A stretch of DNA of 62,402 nucleotides from Hyphomicrobiales bacterium (GCA_044506365.1 JBIQKQ010000001.1:1-62402), one strand, 5' to 3'. Positions 8,676 to 18,702 are shown, counted from the stretch's first letter. Notes: generated by a model not told the origin, from the sequence alone. Numbers and translations: made by a program.

Positions 8676-11549
8676 TTACTGCGCGAGCTCCATGCGCTCG
8701 TTCGAGAGCAGCCGTGTGGCGGCATCCGCCGTCATCGGCTGGCCGAACGCGAAGCCCTGCGCGTATTCGCAGCCCATGTGATACAGCTCGACCGCATCGG
8801 AATCGGTCTCGGCGCCTTCCGCCACCGTCTCCATGCCGAGATCGTGCGCGAGCGCAATGATCGAGCGCAGGATCACCGGGCGGGTGCCCTTGGCGCTCAT
8901 GCGCACGAAGGACTGGTCGATCTTGATAGTGTCGAACGGGAAGCGCTGCAGATAGGACAGCGACGAGTGCCCGGTGCCGAAATCGTCGAGCGCAAGGCCC
9001 GCGCCGAGTTCGCGCAGCCGCAACAGGATCTGCGCGGCGTGTTCGGGATTTTCCATCACCACGGATTCGGTCAGTTCCAGCTTCAGAGTGCCGCGCATCA
9101 ATGACGACCGCGCCAGCACGGTGCGCAGGTCGCCGATCAGGTCCTGGCGCAGCAGCTGCTTCGACGAGACGTTGACGCTCGCGAACAGGGCTTCCTGCGA
9201 GCGCAATGTGCGCTGCCAGATGCTCAGTTGCCGCGCGGTTCGTTCCAGCATGAACATGCCGAGATCGACGATCAGGCCGATCTCCTCGGCGATGGTGATG
9301 AATTCGGCGGGCGACATGCGGCCGAGCTTGGGGTGCTCCCAGCGCGCAAGGGATTCGAAGCCCGCGATGGTGCGATCCTCGAGCCGCACGATCGGCTGAT
9401 AATGAAGCTTGATCTCTTCGCGCTCGATGGCGCGCCGCAACTCCGCTTCCAGCGTGAGGCGGTCCGACTTGCGCGCGCGCATCGCCGCCTTGAACACTTC
9501 GATGCGATCGCCGCCGATGCGCTTGGAATGATACATCGCAAGCTCGGCATCCTTGAGTATCTCCTCGCTGCGATTGGACTGCGCGTCGGCAAGGCACAGA
9601 CCGATCGAGGCGGTCAGGAAAATCTCGCGGTCGTTGAAGGTGATCGGCGCGCGGATGGTACGGCGGAGATTTTCGGCGAAGGCGATGATGCGGCCCGGAT
9701 CGCGCTCCGACAGAAGGATCAGCGCGAACTGGTCGCCGGACAGGCGGGCGAGCGTGTCCTGCGGCTTGAGCAGGCGGACCAGACGGCGCGCCAGCGTTAG
9801 CAGGATGGAATCGCCGACCGCCATGCCGACGGAATCGTTGACCTGCTTGAAGCGATCGAGATCGATCACGATCACGGTCGGGCGCATCGCCGGATCGGTC
9901 TTGGCGAAAGCCAGCACCGCCTCGAAGCGGTCGAGGAACAATTGTCGGTTCGGCAGTCCGGTGAGGTTGTCATGCACGGCGTCGTGCAGCAGCCGCTCTT
10001 CCGCGGTCTTGAATTCGGTGACATCGGTCAGCGTGCCGACGAGGCGCACCACTTCGCCGTCGGAGCCGACCACTGGCCGCGCCTTCAGCGCGAACCAGAG
10101 ATAGTGGCCGTCCGGCGTGCGCAGGCGGAAATCCTCCATCAGCCGGCCGCGACGCTGTTCGATCACGCTGTCGAGGGTGGCGCGGAAACGGTCGCGATCG
10201 AGCGGATGCAGCACGTCGAGCCATTTCGCCGCCGAGCCTTCGAGCGCGCCGCGCTTGAGCCCGAGCATCGCCTCGGTTTCGGGGCTGGTATAGACCTTAT
10301 CGGAGGACACGTCCCAGTCCCAGATCATGTCGCCGGCGCCGGTCAGCGCCAGCGCCCGCCGCTCCACATCGGAGACGATGCCGTGGGTGATCGAGCCGGC
10401 AAAGGCGTGCTGCATCACCGTGAAGCCGATCAGCATCACGATCAGGACGAGGCCGCCGAGCAGCGCCGGGCCGACGATGTCATTGGTCACAAAGCCGCTC
10501 ACGGTCAGCGCGGCGGCGACCGTCCAGATGCACAGCAGGAACCAGGTGGGGATCAGGAGCACCGCGCGGTCGAAGCCTTGCGTCGAGAGCAGAAGCACGA
10601 CCGCAAAGCCGAGGAACGCAACACCCGCGAGCGAAAAGCGCGCGATGCCCGACGCGACCGCCGGATCGTAGAGCGCGACCGCGATCAGCGCCGCCAGGCC
10701 GCCGAGCCAGGCGATGGTGATATGCGCATAGCGCACATGCCAGCGGCTGAGATTGAGATAGGCAAACAGAAACACCAGCAGGGTCGCCGCCAGCACGCAT
10801 TCGCCGATCGCGCGCCAGATGCGTTCGGCGCCGGCAGACATGTCGAACACCTTGCCCCAGAAGCCGAAATCGATGCCGATATAGACCAGCACCGCCCAGC
10901 CGAGCGCGGCGGCGGCGGGGAACATCACCGAACCCTTCACCACGAACAGGATGGTCAGAAACAGCGCCAGCAGGCCGGCAATGCCGATGACGATGCCGTA
11001 ATAGAGCGTGAAGGAATTGAGCTTGTCCTTGTAGGCGTCAGGCTCCCACAGATAGAGCTGCGGCAGCTTGTCGGAGCGCAGCTCCAACACATAGGTCACG
11101 ACCGATCCGGGATCGAGCGTGATGCGGAACACGTCCGCGGTCGCCGACTCCTGCCGCTCGGGACGCTCCCCCGCGCTTGGCGTGACCGTCACCACCCGCG
11201 ACAGGCCGAGATCGGGCCAGAACAGTCCCGATCCCACCATGCGGTAATGCGGCACGACGATCAGCCGGTCGAGTTGCTCGTCCCCGGTATTCGCCAGCGC
11301 GAACACCGCCCAGGAGTTGCCGGCCTCGCGGCCGCGCACCTCGATGCGCCGCACGATGCCGTCGGGGCCCGGCGCGGTGGAAACCTGGACGCGGTCGCCA
11401 TCGGTCCTTGGGCGCTCGGCGGCAAGTGTCAGGTCGATGGCGGCTGCATCGCTGCGCACATTGACCGCTTCGACCGCGCCGGCCGGCGATAGTGCGAGCC
11501 AGAGCAGGGCGCAGGCAAGCGCCAACGCGACCGCGACGCCCGGCAGCAT
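8676..11549 (-). CDS. rgsP: 7TM-DISM/PAS/GGDEF/EAL membrane protein, RgsP-like
   Basis: Periplasmic domain, ~7 TM helices, PAS (WDWDV..HPLDR), GGDEF-like (HDNLTGLPNR; SGDQF), EAL (GFESLARW; DDFGTGHSS; IKIDQSF); symbol from architecture and synteny. Confidence 0.85.
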   Translation of the reverse strand: MLPGVAVALALACALLWLALSPAGAVEAVNVRSDAAAIDLTLAAERPRTDGDRVQVSTAPGPDGIVRRIEVRGREAGNSWAVFALANTGDEQLDRLIVVPHYRMVGSGLFWPDLGLSRVVTVTPSAGERPERQESATADVFRITLDPGSVVTYVLELRSDKLPQLYLWEPDAYKDKLNSFTLYYGIVIGIAGLLALFLTILFVVKGSVMFPAAAALGWAVLVYIGIDFGFWGKVFDMSAGAERIWRAIGECVLAATLLVFLFAYLNLSRWHVRYAHITIAWLGGLAALIAVALYDPAVASGIARFSLAGVAFLGFAVVLLLSTQGFDRAVLLIPTWFLLCIWTVAAALTVSGFVTNDIVGPALLGGLVLIVMLIGFTVMQHAFAGSITHGIVSDVERRALALTGAGDMIWDWDVSSDKVYTSPETEAMLGLKRGALEGSAAKWLDVLHPLDRDRFRATLDSVIEQRRGRLMEDFRLRTPDGHYLWFALKARPVVGSDGEVVRLVGTLTDVTEFKTAEERLLHDAVHDNLTGLPNRQLFLDRFEAVLAFAKTDPAMRPTVIVIDLDRFKQVNDSVGMAVGDSILLTLARRLVRLLKPQDTLARLSGDQFALILLSERDPGRIIAFAENLRRTIRAPITFNDREIFLTASIGLCLADAQSNRSEEILKDAELAMYHSKRIGGDRIEVFKAAMRARKSDRLTLEAELRRAIEREEIKLHYQPIVRLEDRTIAGFESLARWEHPKLGRMSPAEFITIAEEIGLIVDLGMFMLERTARQLSIWQRTLRSQEALFASVNVSSKQLLRQDLIGDLRTVLARSSLMRGTLKLELTESVVMENPEHAAQILLRLRELGAGLALDDFGTGHSSLSYLQRFPFDTIKIDQSFVRMSAKGTRPVILRSIIALAHDLGMETVAEGAETDSDAVELYHMGCEYAQGFAFGQPMTADAATRLLSNERMELAQ

Positions 11550-11878
11550 GTGCCGCAGCCTCTCTGGCCGTCGCGTTCCGATGCGTGTTGCGCGCCGTCC
11601 CGGCAAGATTCCCCGTCCTTGCGTGATAAAGAGTCCGACCTTTGCGCCGTTTTCGGGGCGCAGCCGGGGCCGGTGGTGCAGTTATAGGGCGTCCGGTCGG
11701 GTGATGGGAAGGGCCGGCGGCAATCGGTTGGACAGCCTCGTTTGGCGCGTCGGTTCGCGCCGCAGGAAAACGGCGGGATATCGGGCCATGTTGCGCGTCA
11801 TCAGCCGATGCTCTGCAACGGCTGCGTGTGCGCCGATGAAGACGTCACTGCGCAGATGGCCTCGACCCGCGGCCGGGA

Positions 11879-12877
11879 TCAGGACACCGTCAGCACGATC
11901 TTGCCGATATGCACGCTGCTTTCCATCCGCGCATGGGCATCGGCGGCTTTTTCCAGCGGGAAGGTGGAATCGATCACCGGTTTGATCTTGCCGGCCGCGA
12001 CCAGCGGCCAGACCTTGTCCTCGATCCCTTTCGCGATCTCGGCTTTCTCCGCGATGGTGCGCGGGCGCAGCGTCGAGCCTTCATGCACGAGCCGCTTGGC
12101 CATCAGGCGGGCGAAATTCACCGTCGCCTTCGGCGCGCCCGCAAAAGAAATCTGCGCGATCCGGCCCTGATCGGCGGCGGCATCGTAATTGCGGTCGATG
12201 TAATCGCCGCCGACGATGTCGAGGATGACGTCGGCGCCCTTGCCGCCGGTCGCCTTCTTCGTTTCCGCGACGAAATCCTGCGTCTTGTAATTCACCGCAA
12301 TATCGGCGCCGAGCTTCCTCGCCGCCGCGCATTTCTCGTCAGAACCTGCGGTGGTGACGACATGGCCGCCAAAATTCTTCACCAGCATGATGCCGGTGGT
12401 GCCGATGCCGGACGTGCCGCCATGCACCAACACCCATTCGCCGCTCTTGAAATGGCAGCGCATCATCAGATGTTGCCACACCGTGAAGAAAGTCTCCGGC
12501 ATGGCCGCCGCTTCCACCATCGACAGCGACGGCGGCACCGCAAGCGCATGGCTCTCATGGGCGAGGCAATATTGCGCATAGCCGCCCGCGACCACCAGCG
12601 CGCAGACCTTGTCGCCGGTTTTCCATTTCGTCACGCCGGCGCCGATCGCGACCACTTCGCCGGCGATTTCGAGCCCCGGAATGTCACCCGCGCCCTTGGG
12701 CGGCGGATACGAGCCCTGGCGCTGGCGCACGTCCGGCCGGTTGACGCCAGCGGCCGCAACCTTGACCAGGATTTCGCCCTGGCCGGGCTTGGGAACGTCA
12801 CGCTGCTCGGGCACCAGCATCTCGGGGCCGCCCGGTTCCTTGATGCCGATCGCGGTCATACGGGCGGGAAGCGTCAT
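11879..12877 (-). CDS. NAD(P)H-quinone oxidoreductase (PIG3/MDR family)
   Basis: AAGVNRPD, PGLEIAG, HGGTSGIG, HIGKIVL. Confidence 0.93.
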   Translation of the reverse strand: MTLPARMTAIGIKEPGGPEMLVPEQRDVPKPGQGEILVKVAAAGVNRPDVRQRQGSYPPPKGAGDIPGLEIAGEVVAIGAGVTKWKTGDKVCALVVAGGYAQYCLAHESHALAVPPSLSMVEAAAMPETFFTVWQHLMMRCHFKSGEWVLVHGGTSGIGTTGIMLVKNFGGHVVTTAGSDEKCAAARKLGADIAVNYKTQDFVAETKKATGGKGADVILDIVGGDYIDRNYDAAADQGRIAQISFAGAPKATVNFARLMAKRLVHEGSTLRPRTIAEKAEIAKGIEDKVWPLVAAGKIKPVIDSTFPLEKAADAHARMESSVHIGKIVLTVS

Positions 12878-12894
12878 TGGAGACCTCTTGTCAG

Positions 12895-12980
12895 CGTCAT
12901 GCCCACCGCGTGGCGGGCGATCGTTGATTTGCGTGACAACAAGCAAGAGCCGGATGGCCGGGTCAAGCCCGGCCCTGACA
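12895..12980. repeat. REP-like element (GGATGGCCGGGTCAAGCCCGGCC family)
   Basis: 12952-12979 matches 27475-27502 at 26/28 positions; hairpin-forming. Confidence 0.75.
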
Positions 12981-13019
12981 GTTGTGCTAGGCTGGCTGGA
13001 CTGCTTGCAAGGTGACGTG

Positions 13020-13214
13020 ATGCCCGCATTCGACGATGACGACCGGCCGAAGAAAAAAATCATCCATGAGATCGGGCAGGACCTGACGCTGCTTTCGGTG
13101 GGCGAACTGAACCAGCGGATTGCGATACTGCGCGAAGAGATCGCACGGCTTGAAGCCGATATCGCAAAGAAGCAGTCGTCGCGCAGCGCGGCCGATCAGT
13201 TCTTCAAGAAGTAA
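13020..13214 (+). CDS. DUF1192 small coiled-coil protein
   Basis: HEIGQDLTLLSVGELNQRIAILREEIARLEADIAKK..AADQFFK. Confidence 0.88.
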   Translation: MPAFDDDDRPKKKIIHEIGQDLTLLSVGELNQRIAILREEIARLEADIAKKQSSRSAADQFFKK

Positions 13215-13268
13215 CCGGTTCCCGATCCGGTGCATTCTTACGCATCGAATTTACCGATCGTTTTGCAT

Positions 13269-13283
13269 TTAACAGCTCTTTAA
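13269..13283 (+). promoter_or_regulatory. CtrA-binding box
   Basis: TTAA-cagctct-TTAA, exact TTAA-N7-TTAA; candidate -10 TATTAC at 13295-13300. Confidence 0.75.
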
Positions 13284-13306
13284 GCTTTCCCCGGTATTAC
13301 TGGCGC

Positions 13307-13400
13307 CTGTCCATCTTCTGGACATCGAGTGGCTCCTGTCCACTCTGTTTGACGCCTCCCTGTTATCCACTTGAGCCGCCGGCAACGGCGGCTCTTTTTT
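13307..13400 (+). ncRNA. Small regulatory RNA, probably BjrC1505 family
   Basis: Hairpins TGTCCA-tcttc-TGGACA and GAGTGG-ctcctgt-CCACTC, unpaired GCCTCCCTGTT, terminator; family name rests on recalled synteny only. Confidence 0.65.
13373..13400 (+). terminator. Rho-independent terminator of the sRNA
   Basis: GAGCCGCCG-gcaa-CGGCGGCTC followed by TTTTTT. Confidence 0.9.
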
Positions 13401-13588
13401 GTTCTGTGCCAATTTGGAACATTCCTTGTTCCCTTGCGGCGATTGGCAACTATGCGATCAAATTAGCATCTCGTTGCCTTTACCCGGCGCGTGCGCAACC
13501 TTTATGCTCCTCGCACAGAGTTGGCGCCGCAGCGATCGGGGCATCGCGGCGTCGCTGCCAGTTGCGCGTTGGGGTGAGGCGTAGCGTG

Positions 13589-14107
13589 ATGTCGGAATTT
13601 TCTGCGGAGATGAACGTCCCGATCTCGTTTCGGGAAAGGCTCGCAACCTCGCAGGCCTTCACGCAATTGTTCCGCGACGGCATGGGCCTGGTGGAGGAAA
13701 CCGCGGCCTATCTCGACGGCCCCGGCCGCAAGGAATCCAAGGTGCTGCCGCGCGCCGCGGCGCTGACCTACGCGACCGAGAGCATGCGGCTGACCACGCG
13801 GCTGATGCAGCTCGCCTCCTGGCTTCTGCTGCACCGCGCGGTGAAGGAGGGCGAGATGTCGCTCTCGCAGGTCAATCACGAGAAGACCAAAGTGAAACTG
13901 TCGCCGACCTTTTCGGCCGACGAGGAAACGCTGGCCCTGCTCCCTGAGACGCTGGTTTCGCTGATCCAGCGCTCGCTCGTGCTTGCCGAACAGGTGCGGC
14001 GGCTTGACGCCACGATCCATGCGGCGTCGGCGATGCCGGGCAACGGCAACAATCCGGTCGAGCACCAGATCGGCATGCTGAGGGCCGCATTCGAACGCAA
14101 GGCGTGA
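13589..14107 (+). CDS. rcdA: Regulator of CtrA degradation (DUF1465)
   Basis: FRDGMGLVEETAAYLDGPGR, YATESMRLTTRLMQLASWLL, C-terminal NPVEHQIGMLRAAF. Confidence 0.9.
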   Translation: MSEFSAEMNVPISFRERLATSQAFTQLFRDGMGLVEETAAYLDGPGRKESKVLPRAAALTYATESMRLTTRLMQLASWLLLHRAVKEGEMSLSQVNHEKTKVKLSPTFSADEETLALLPETLVSLIQRSLVLAEQVRRLDATIHAASAMPGNGNNPVEHQIGMLRAAFERKA

Positions 14108-15001
14108 TCAGCCCGGAGAATGACCCTCGCCTGACACGAACCAATCATGAATCTCTTCGGCGGTCGCGAACCAGACGCCGTCGTGACCGGCGAAATAATC
14201 GTAGGCCTGCTCGAAATATTTGATCCGGTGCGGCACCCCGGTGATGTAGGGATGCACGCTGATCGGCATGACGCGCGCGGTATTTGCGCTGTCGAGATAC
14301 AGTCGGTCGAACTGATCCTTCATGCGCTGAAGCCAGAGATCGGACGCGTGATGATGGGCGATCATCATCGGCAGGTCGCCGGTTTCCAGCGAGAATGGCA
14401 TGGCAACCAGCGCGCCGGCGCTGGTCTGCATGGTGACTGGCTGCTCGTCCATCGACCAGTCCGCGACATAGGCGAATCCCTCTTCGGCGAGCATGTCGAG
14501 CGTGTCCCAGGTCTCCGCGAGGCCCGGTCCGAGCCAGCCGCTCGGAGCCTTGCCGGTAAACGCCTTCAGCAGATCGCGCGTCTGGCTGATGACCGCGCGC
14601 TGATCCACGGCCGCGGTCAACGGACCCTGGACAACGCCGTGACCGACGAATTCCCAACCCGCCTCGAGCATCGCCTGCGCGATCGGACGATAGGTTTCGC
14701 ACAATCGCGCATTGACCGCAGCCGAGGCGCGAATGCCCCGCGAGGAGAGGGCATCGAGAATGCGCCAGAACCCGACGCGCATTCCGAATTCATGCCACGA
14801 CCAGTTCTGCACATCCGGGATCGGCGTGATGCCCTGCGGGGCCGGCACATACTGACGGACGATGGGTTTTTGGATGTCCCATTCCTCGACGCTGACCACC
14901 GTGTAGATCGCAAGACGCGCTCCCCCGGGCAGGGACCATTTGTCGCGCTGAGGCAGCGGCGAGAACGCGAAACGCTCGCTCGGCAAAGTGATTTTCGTCA
15001 T
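14108..15001 (-). CDS. Polysaccharide deacetylase family, PuuE-like
   Basis: WHEFGMRVGFWR, EFVGHG, GWLGPGLAET, SVHPYITGVPHR. Confidence 0.85.
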   Translation of the reverse strand: MTKITLPSERFAFSPLPQRDKWSLPGGARLAIYTVVSVEEWDIQKPIVRQYVPAPQGITPIPDVQNWSWHEFGMRVGFWRILDALSSRGIRASAAVNARLCETYRPIAQAMLEAGWEFVGHGVVQGPLTAAVDQRAVISQTRDLLKAFTGKAPSGWLGPGLAETWDTLDMLAEEGFAYVADWSMDEQPVTMQTSAGALVAMPFSLETGDLPMMIAHHHASDLWLQRMKDQFDRLYLDSANTARVMPISVHPYITGVPHRIKYFEQAYDYFAGHDGVWFATAEEIHDWFVSGEGHSPG

Positions 15002-15073
15002 CCCCGACACCCCCCAGCTTCGAAACCGCGGATCTGCGCATGTGCGCAGCTCGCACCGACCGCAATCCGCTGC

Positions 15074-15112
15074 TTGACGGAAATGCGGGTAATTTTCAAT
15101 ATCACGTGAAAT
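15074..15112 (+). promoter_or_regulatory. Sigma70-type promoter with overlapping palindrome for the Bug gene
   Basis: TTGACG-N17-CAATAT; near-palindrome ATATCACGTGAAAT at 15099-15112; GGAGG RBS before ATG 15138. Confidence 0.5.
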
Positions 15113-15137
15113 ATCAATTGTCCCGGAGGAGCCCAAG

Positions 15138-16097
15138 ATGCTGAGAATTGCCCTTGCCGCGGCGCTGTGCGCGTTCGCGACGATCGCTTCGGCGCAGACC
15201 CAGTGGCCGACACGACCCGTTCAGTTCATCGTGCCGCTGGCGGCGGGTGGCACCGCCGATGGCGTGGCGCGCGTGGTCGCGGAAAAGCTGTCGACGATGT
15301 GGGGACAGCGCGTTTACGTCGAGAACAAGCCTGGCGGCAATACGATGATCGGCACCGATGCCGTCGCGAAGGCGGCGCCTGACGGCTATACGCTCGGCAT
15401 GGGCATCATCACCTCGCATGCCGCCAATCAATTCGTATTCGACAAGATCCCCTACGATCCCGAGCGCGACTTTTCCTCGATCACGTTGCTGGCGAAGAGC
15501 CCCATCTTCCTGATCGTTCATCCCTCGGTGCCGGCAAACAACGTCAAGGAGTTTGTCGAATACGCCAAGGCCAATCCTGACAAACTGTCGTTTGCTACGA
15601 CCGGACACGGTTCGTCCTTCCACCTGGCCACCGAGCAGTTCGCCCAGCATGCCGGGATCAAGATGGTCCACGTGCCTTACAAGGGAATGGGCGCGGCCGT
15701 GATGGATTTGCTGAACGGAAATGTCCAGGTCGCCCTCGACGTGTCGACGCTCGCCCAGGTCCGCGACGGCAAGCTGAAGGCGCTGGGTGTTGTTGGGCCG
15801 GAACGCTTTTCCGCTGCGCCCGAAATCCCGTCATTCGCCGAGCAGGGCTTTCCGGGGATCGAGGCGATCACCTGGCTCAGCCTGCACGCACCTGCCGGAT
15901 TGCCCGCGGACCTTCAGAAGAAGATCAGCGACGATGTGAACAAGGTTCTGCAGATGCCGGATGTCCGCGAGCGCATGCTGAAGATGAGCTACGTGGCGGC
16001 CGGGGGCACGCCCGCCGATCTCGATGCCTTCCTCGCGGCAGAGCGCAAGAAAATCGGTGCGATCGTTCAGAAAGCCGGCATCAAGATCAAGAACTGA
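15138..16097 (+). CDS. Bug/TctC tripartite tricarboxylate transporter substrate-binding protein
   Basis: WPTRPVQFIVPLAAGGTAD, VENKPGG, PDGYTL, HVPYKG. Confidence 0.93.
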   Translation: MLRIALAAALCAFATIASAQTQWPTRPVQFIVPLAAGGTADGVARVVAEKLSTMWGQRVYVENKPGGNTMIGTDAVAKAAPDGYTLGMGIITSHAANQFVFDKIPYDPERDFSSITLLAKSPIFLIVHPSVPANNVKEFVEYAKANPDKLSFATTGHGSSFHLATEQFAQHAGIKMVHVPYKGMGAAVMDLLNGNVQVALDVSTLAQVRDGKLKALGVVGPERFSAAPEIPSFAEQGFPGIEAITWLSLHAPAGLPADLQKKISDDVNKVLQMPDVRERMLKMSYVAAGGTPADLDAFLAAERKKIGAIVQKAGIKIKN

Positions 16098-16108
16098 CCC
16101 CGGAACGG

Positions 16109-16142
16109 AAAAAGCGGCGCCCGATTGTCCGGGCGCCGCTTT
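16109..16142 (-). terminator. Intrinsic, probably bidirectional terminator between Bug and rpmE
   Basis: AAAGCGGCGCCCG-attgtc-CGGGCGCCGCTTT; T5 tract on the minus strand. Confidence 0.85.
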
Positions 16143-16179
16143 CAACTTCTGGTAAGCGTGTCCTGACCGAGGCGGCCGG

Positions 16180-16419
16180 TCACTTCTTCCCGGCGTCGTC
16201 CTTGATGAAGCCGGAGAATTTCTTCTGGAAGCGCGACAGGCGGCCGCCGCGGTCGACCAGATGCTGCGCGCCGCCGGTCCAGGCCGGGTGCGACTTCGGG
16301 TCAATGTCGAGGGCCAGCGTGTCGCCCGCCTTGCCCCAGGTGGTGCGGGTGACGAATTCGGTGCCGTCGGTCATCTTGACCGTAACGGTGTGGTAGTCGG
16401 GGTGAATGCCGGACTTCAT
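16180..16419 (-). CDS. rpmE: 50S ribosomal protein L31 (Cys-free type)
   Basis: [10 protein letters not shown]...[13 protein letters not shown]...[11 protein letters not shown]. Confidence 0.97.
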   Translation of the reverse strand: MKSGIHPDYHTVTVKMTDGTEFVTRTTWGKAGDTLALDIDPKSHPAWTGGAQHLVDRGGRLSRFQKKFSGFIKDDAGKK

Positions 16420-16592
16420 GATGGGCTCCCGCAGGCTCTAAAAGCCGCGTCTGTCGGACCTGCCGATGCGTGAAATTCGCGCGGTCTATATCGCAAGCCC
16501 GCCACCGGCACAAGGTGCTTGGATTCGGCCTTGCGGGTCCCCCCGCCACGCGGCATTCAGGGTTCACAAGACAGCCGGAGACCGGGGCAGGC

Positions 16593-18398
16593 ATGGCCCT
16601 CGTGGCGGAAAGCGAAAAGGATGCGGCCGGTAGCGCCGCGCGGACGAAGGCTGCGGGGCGTTCCTCGCTGAAGCCGCTGCGGCTGCTTGTCCCATATCTG
16701 CTGCGCTATCGGCTGCGGGCGCTATGCGCCTGCGCCGCGCTGGTCGCGGCCGCGCTCGCGACCCTCGCCGTGCCGGTCGCGGTCCGCCGCATGATCGACC
16801 ACGGATTTTCCGGCGAGCCCGGGCTGATCGACAATTACTTCGCGGTGATGATCGGGGTGGTGTTCGTGCTCGCGATGGCGAGCGCGCTTCGCTATTACCT
16901 CGTCACCACGCTCGGCGAGCGGATCGTCGCCGACCTGCGCGAGGAGGTGTTCGCCCATCTCACGCGGCTGTCGCCGTCTTTCTTCGACCGCGCGCAGACC
17001 GGCGAGATGATGTCGCGGCTCACCGCCGACACGACGCAGATCAAGGCGGCGGTCGGCGCCTCGGTATCGGTCGCGCTGCGCAATTTCGTGCTGTTCGTCG
17101 GCGCAACGGCGATGATGGTGATTACCAGTCCGAAGCTGTCGCTGTTCGTGCTGGCGGCAATTCCGGTGATCGTGCTGCCGCTGGTGGCGTTCGGACGCGC
17201 GGTGCGCAGGCGCTCACGGCAGGCGCAGGACGCACTGGCGGACGCCTCGGCTTATGCGGCCGAGACCATCGGCGCGGTGCGCACGGTGCAGGCCTTCACC
17301 AGCGAAGCATACGCCGCGAGCCGTTTCCACGGCGCGGTCGAGGCCGCGTTCGAGGCGGCGCGGCAATCGACGCTGTCGCGCGCGGTGCTGACCGCGATCG
17401 GAATTTTTCTCGTCTTTGCCAGCGTCGTGGTGGTGCTGTGGGTCGGCGCCAATGACGTGCTGTCGGGCGAGATCACACCCGGCCGGCTCGGCCAGTTCGT
17501 GCTCTACGCGGTGTTCGCGGCCGGGGGCCTTGGCCAGTTGAGCGAGGTCTGGGGCGAGGTGCAGCAGGCGGCCGGCGCGGCGGAGCGGCTGTTCGAGATT
17601 TTGCACGTCAGGCCGGACGTCAAGGCGCCGGCCCAGCCGGTCAGGCTGCCGGACAAGGCGCGCGCCGATGTGTCATTCGAGGACGTGCGCTTCTTCTATC
17701 CGGCGCGCACGGAAGCGCCGGCGCTTGACGGCGTCTCGTTCAAGGTGACGCCCGGCGAGAAGGTTGCGATCGTCGGACCGTCCGGCGCCGGCAAGAGCAC
17801 GATCTTCCACCTGATCCTGCGCTTCTACGATCCGTCGTCCGGGCGCGTGACCTTCGACGGCGTCGACGTTGCCGACGCCGATCCGGTCGACCTGCGCCGT
17901 CACATCGCGCTGGTGCCGCAGGAGGCGACGATCTTTGCTGCGTCGGTGCGCGACAACATCGCCTTCGGAAAGCCGGATGCGAGCGAGGCGGAGATCGAGC
18001 GCGCCGCGGAGATGGCAGCCGCCACCGAGTTCATCGGGCGCATGCCGCAGGGGTTCGGGACGCTGATCGGCGAGCGCGGGGTGACGCTGTCGGGCGGGCA
18101 GCGTCAGCGGATCGCCATTGCGCGCGCGATCCTGCGCAATGCGCCGCTGCTGCTGCTCGACGAGGCGACCTCCTCGCTCGATGCGGAAAGCGAGACACTG
18201 GTGCAGGAGGCGCTGGCGCATTCGATGGAGGGACGCACGACGCTGGTGATTGCGCACCGGCTGGCGACCGTTCTGTCCTGCGATCGCATCCTGGTGCTCG
18301 AGCAGGGGCGGATCGTGGAAGAGGGCACGCACGAGCAGCTTGCCGGCGCCGGCGGCCTTTACGCACGGCTGGCGCGGCTGCAGTTCGGTATCTCGTAG
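16593..18398 (+). CDS. MsbA-related ABC exporter (fused TMD-NBD)
   Basis: TM domain plus Walker [33 protein letters not shown]. Confidence 0.92.
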   Translation: MALVAESEKDAAGSAARTKAAGRSSLKPLRLLVPYLLRYRLRALCACAALVAAALATLAVPVAVRRMIDHGFSGEPGLIDNYFAVMIGVVFVLAMASALRYYLVTTLGERIVADLREEVFAHLTRLSPSFFDRAQTGEMMSRLTADTTQIKAAVGASVSVALRNFVLFVGATAMMVITSPKLSLFVLAAIPVIVLPLVAFGRAVRRRSRQAQDALADASAYAAETIGAVRTVQAFTSEAYAASRFHGAVEAAFEAARQSTLSRAVLTAIGIFLVFASVVVVLWVGANDVLSGEITPGRLGQFVLYAVFAAGGLGQLSEVWGEVQQAAGAAERLFEILHVRPDVKAPAQPVRLPDKARADVSFEDVRFFYPARTEAPALDGVSFKVTPGEKVAIVGPSGAGKSTIFHLILRFYDPSSGRVTFDGVDVADADPVDLRRHIALVPQEATIFAASVRDNIAFGKPDASEAEIERAAEMAAATEFIGRMPQGFGTLIGERGVTLSGGQRQRIAIARAILRNAPLLLLDEATSSLDAESETLVQEALAHSMEGRTTLVIAHRLATVLSCDRILVLEQGRIVEEGTHEQLAGAGGLYARLARLQFGIS

Positions 18399-18418
18399 TC
18401 GGGCGAGTACGCGCTTGC

Positions 18419-18702
18419 TCAAGGCCGCGCCTCGCGTCCGTGCCAAATGCGCAAAACCAGGACATCGCCCGAATTGGGCAAGACGGTATATCGCGATACG
18501 TACCCGGTGCTCCCGAAGCGGATCACAATCTGCCCGATAAGAGAGTCTTCTGTTGGACGGCCGAGATCTGGAAATTCCTCGATCTTCTCGAAGGCTGTCA
18601 AATCGCCCGCAGCGCTCGTTGTGCGGTCTCCGGATTCTTTTCGCTCAGAAACGCTCGCAGCCGTCTGGCGTCTTCAATTGCCTCCGGCGAAAGTAAGATC
18701 AT
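18419..18702 (-). pseudogene. RelE/ParE-family toxin with a 1-nt frameshift
   Basis: ATG 18702 reads MILLSPEAIEDARRLRAFLSEKNPETAQRALRAI then TGA (18600-18598). The shifted frame continues TAFEKIEEFPDLGRP..GYVSRY..VLVLRIWHGRE. The span is 284 nt, not a multiple of 3. Confidence 0.8.

Noticed and set aside
12609-13063. Long N-terminal extensions in the ORF track for DUF1192 and the quinone oxidoreductase (also pgk to 27447)
   Set aside because: They read through REP-like DNA; downstream starts fit the family N-termini better.
16180-16419. Cys-free L31 as a zinc-starvation paralog
   Set aside because: This form is the usual alphaproteobacterial L31; no Zur box or rpmJ partner seen.
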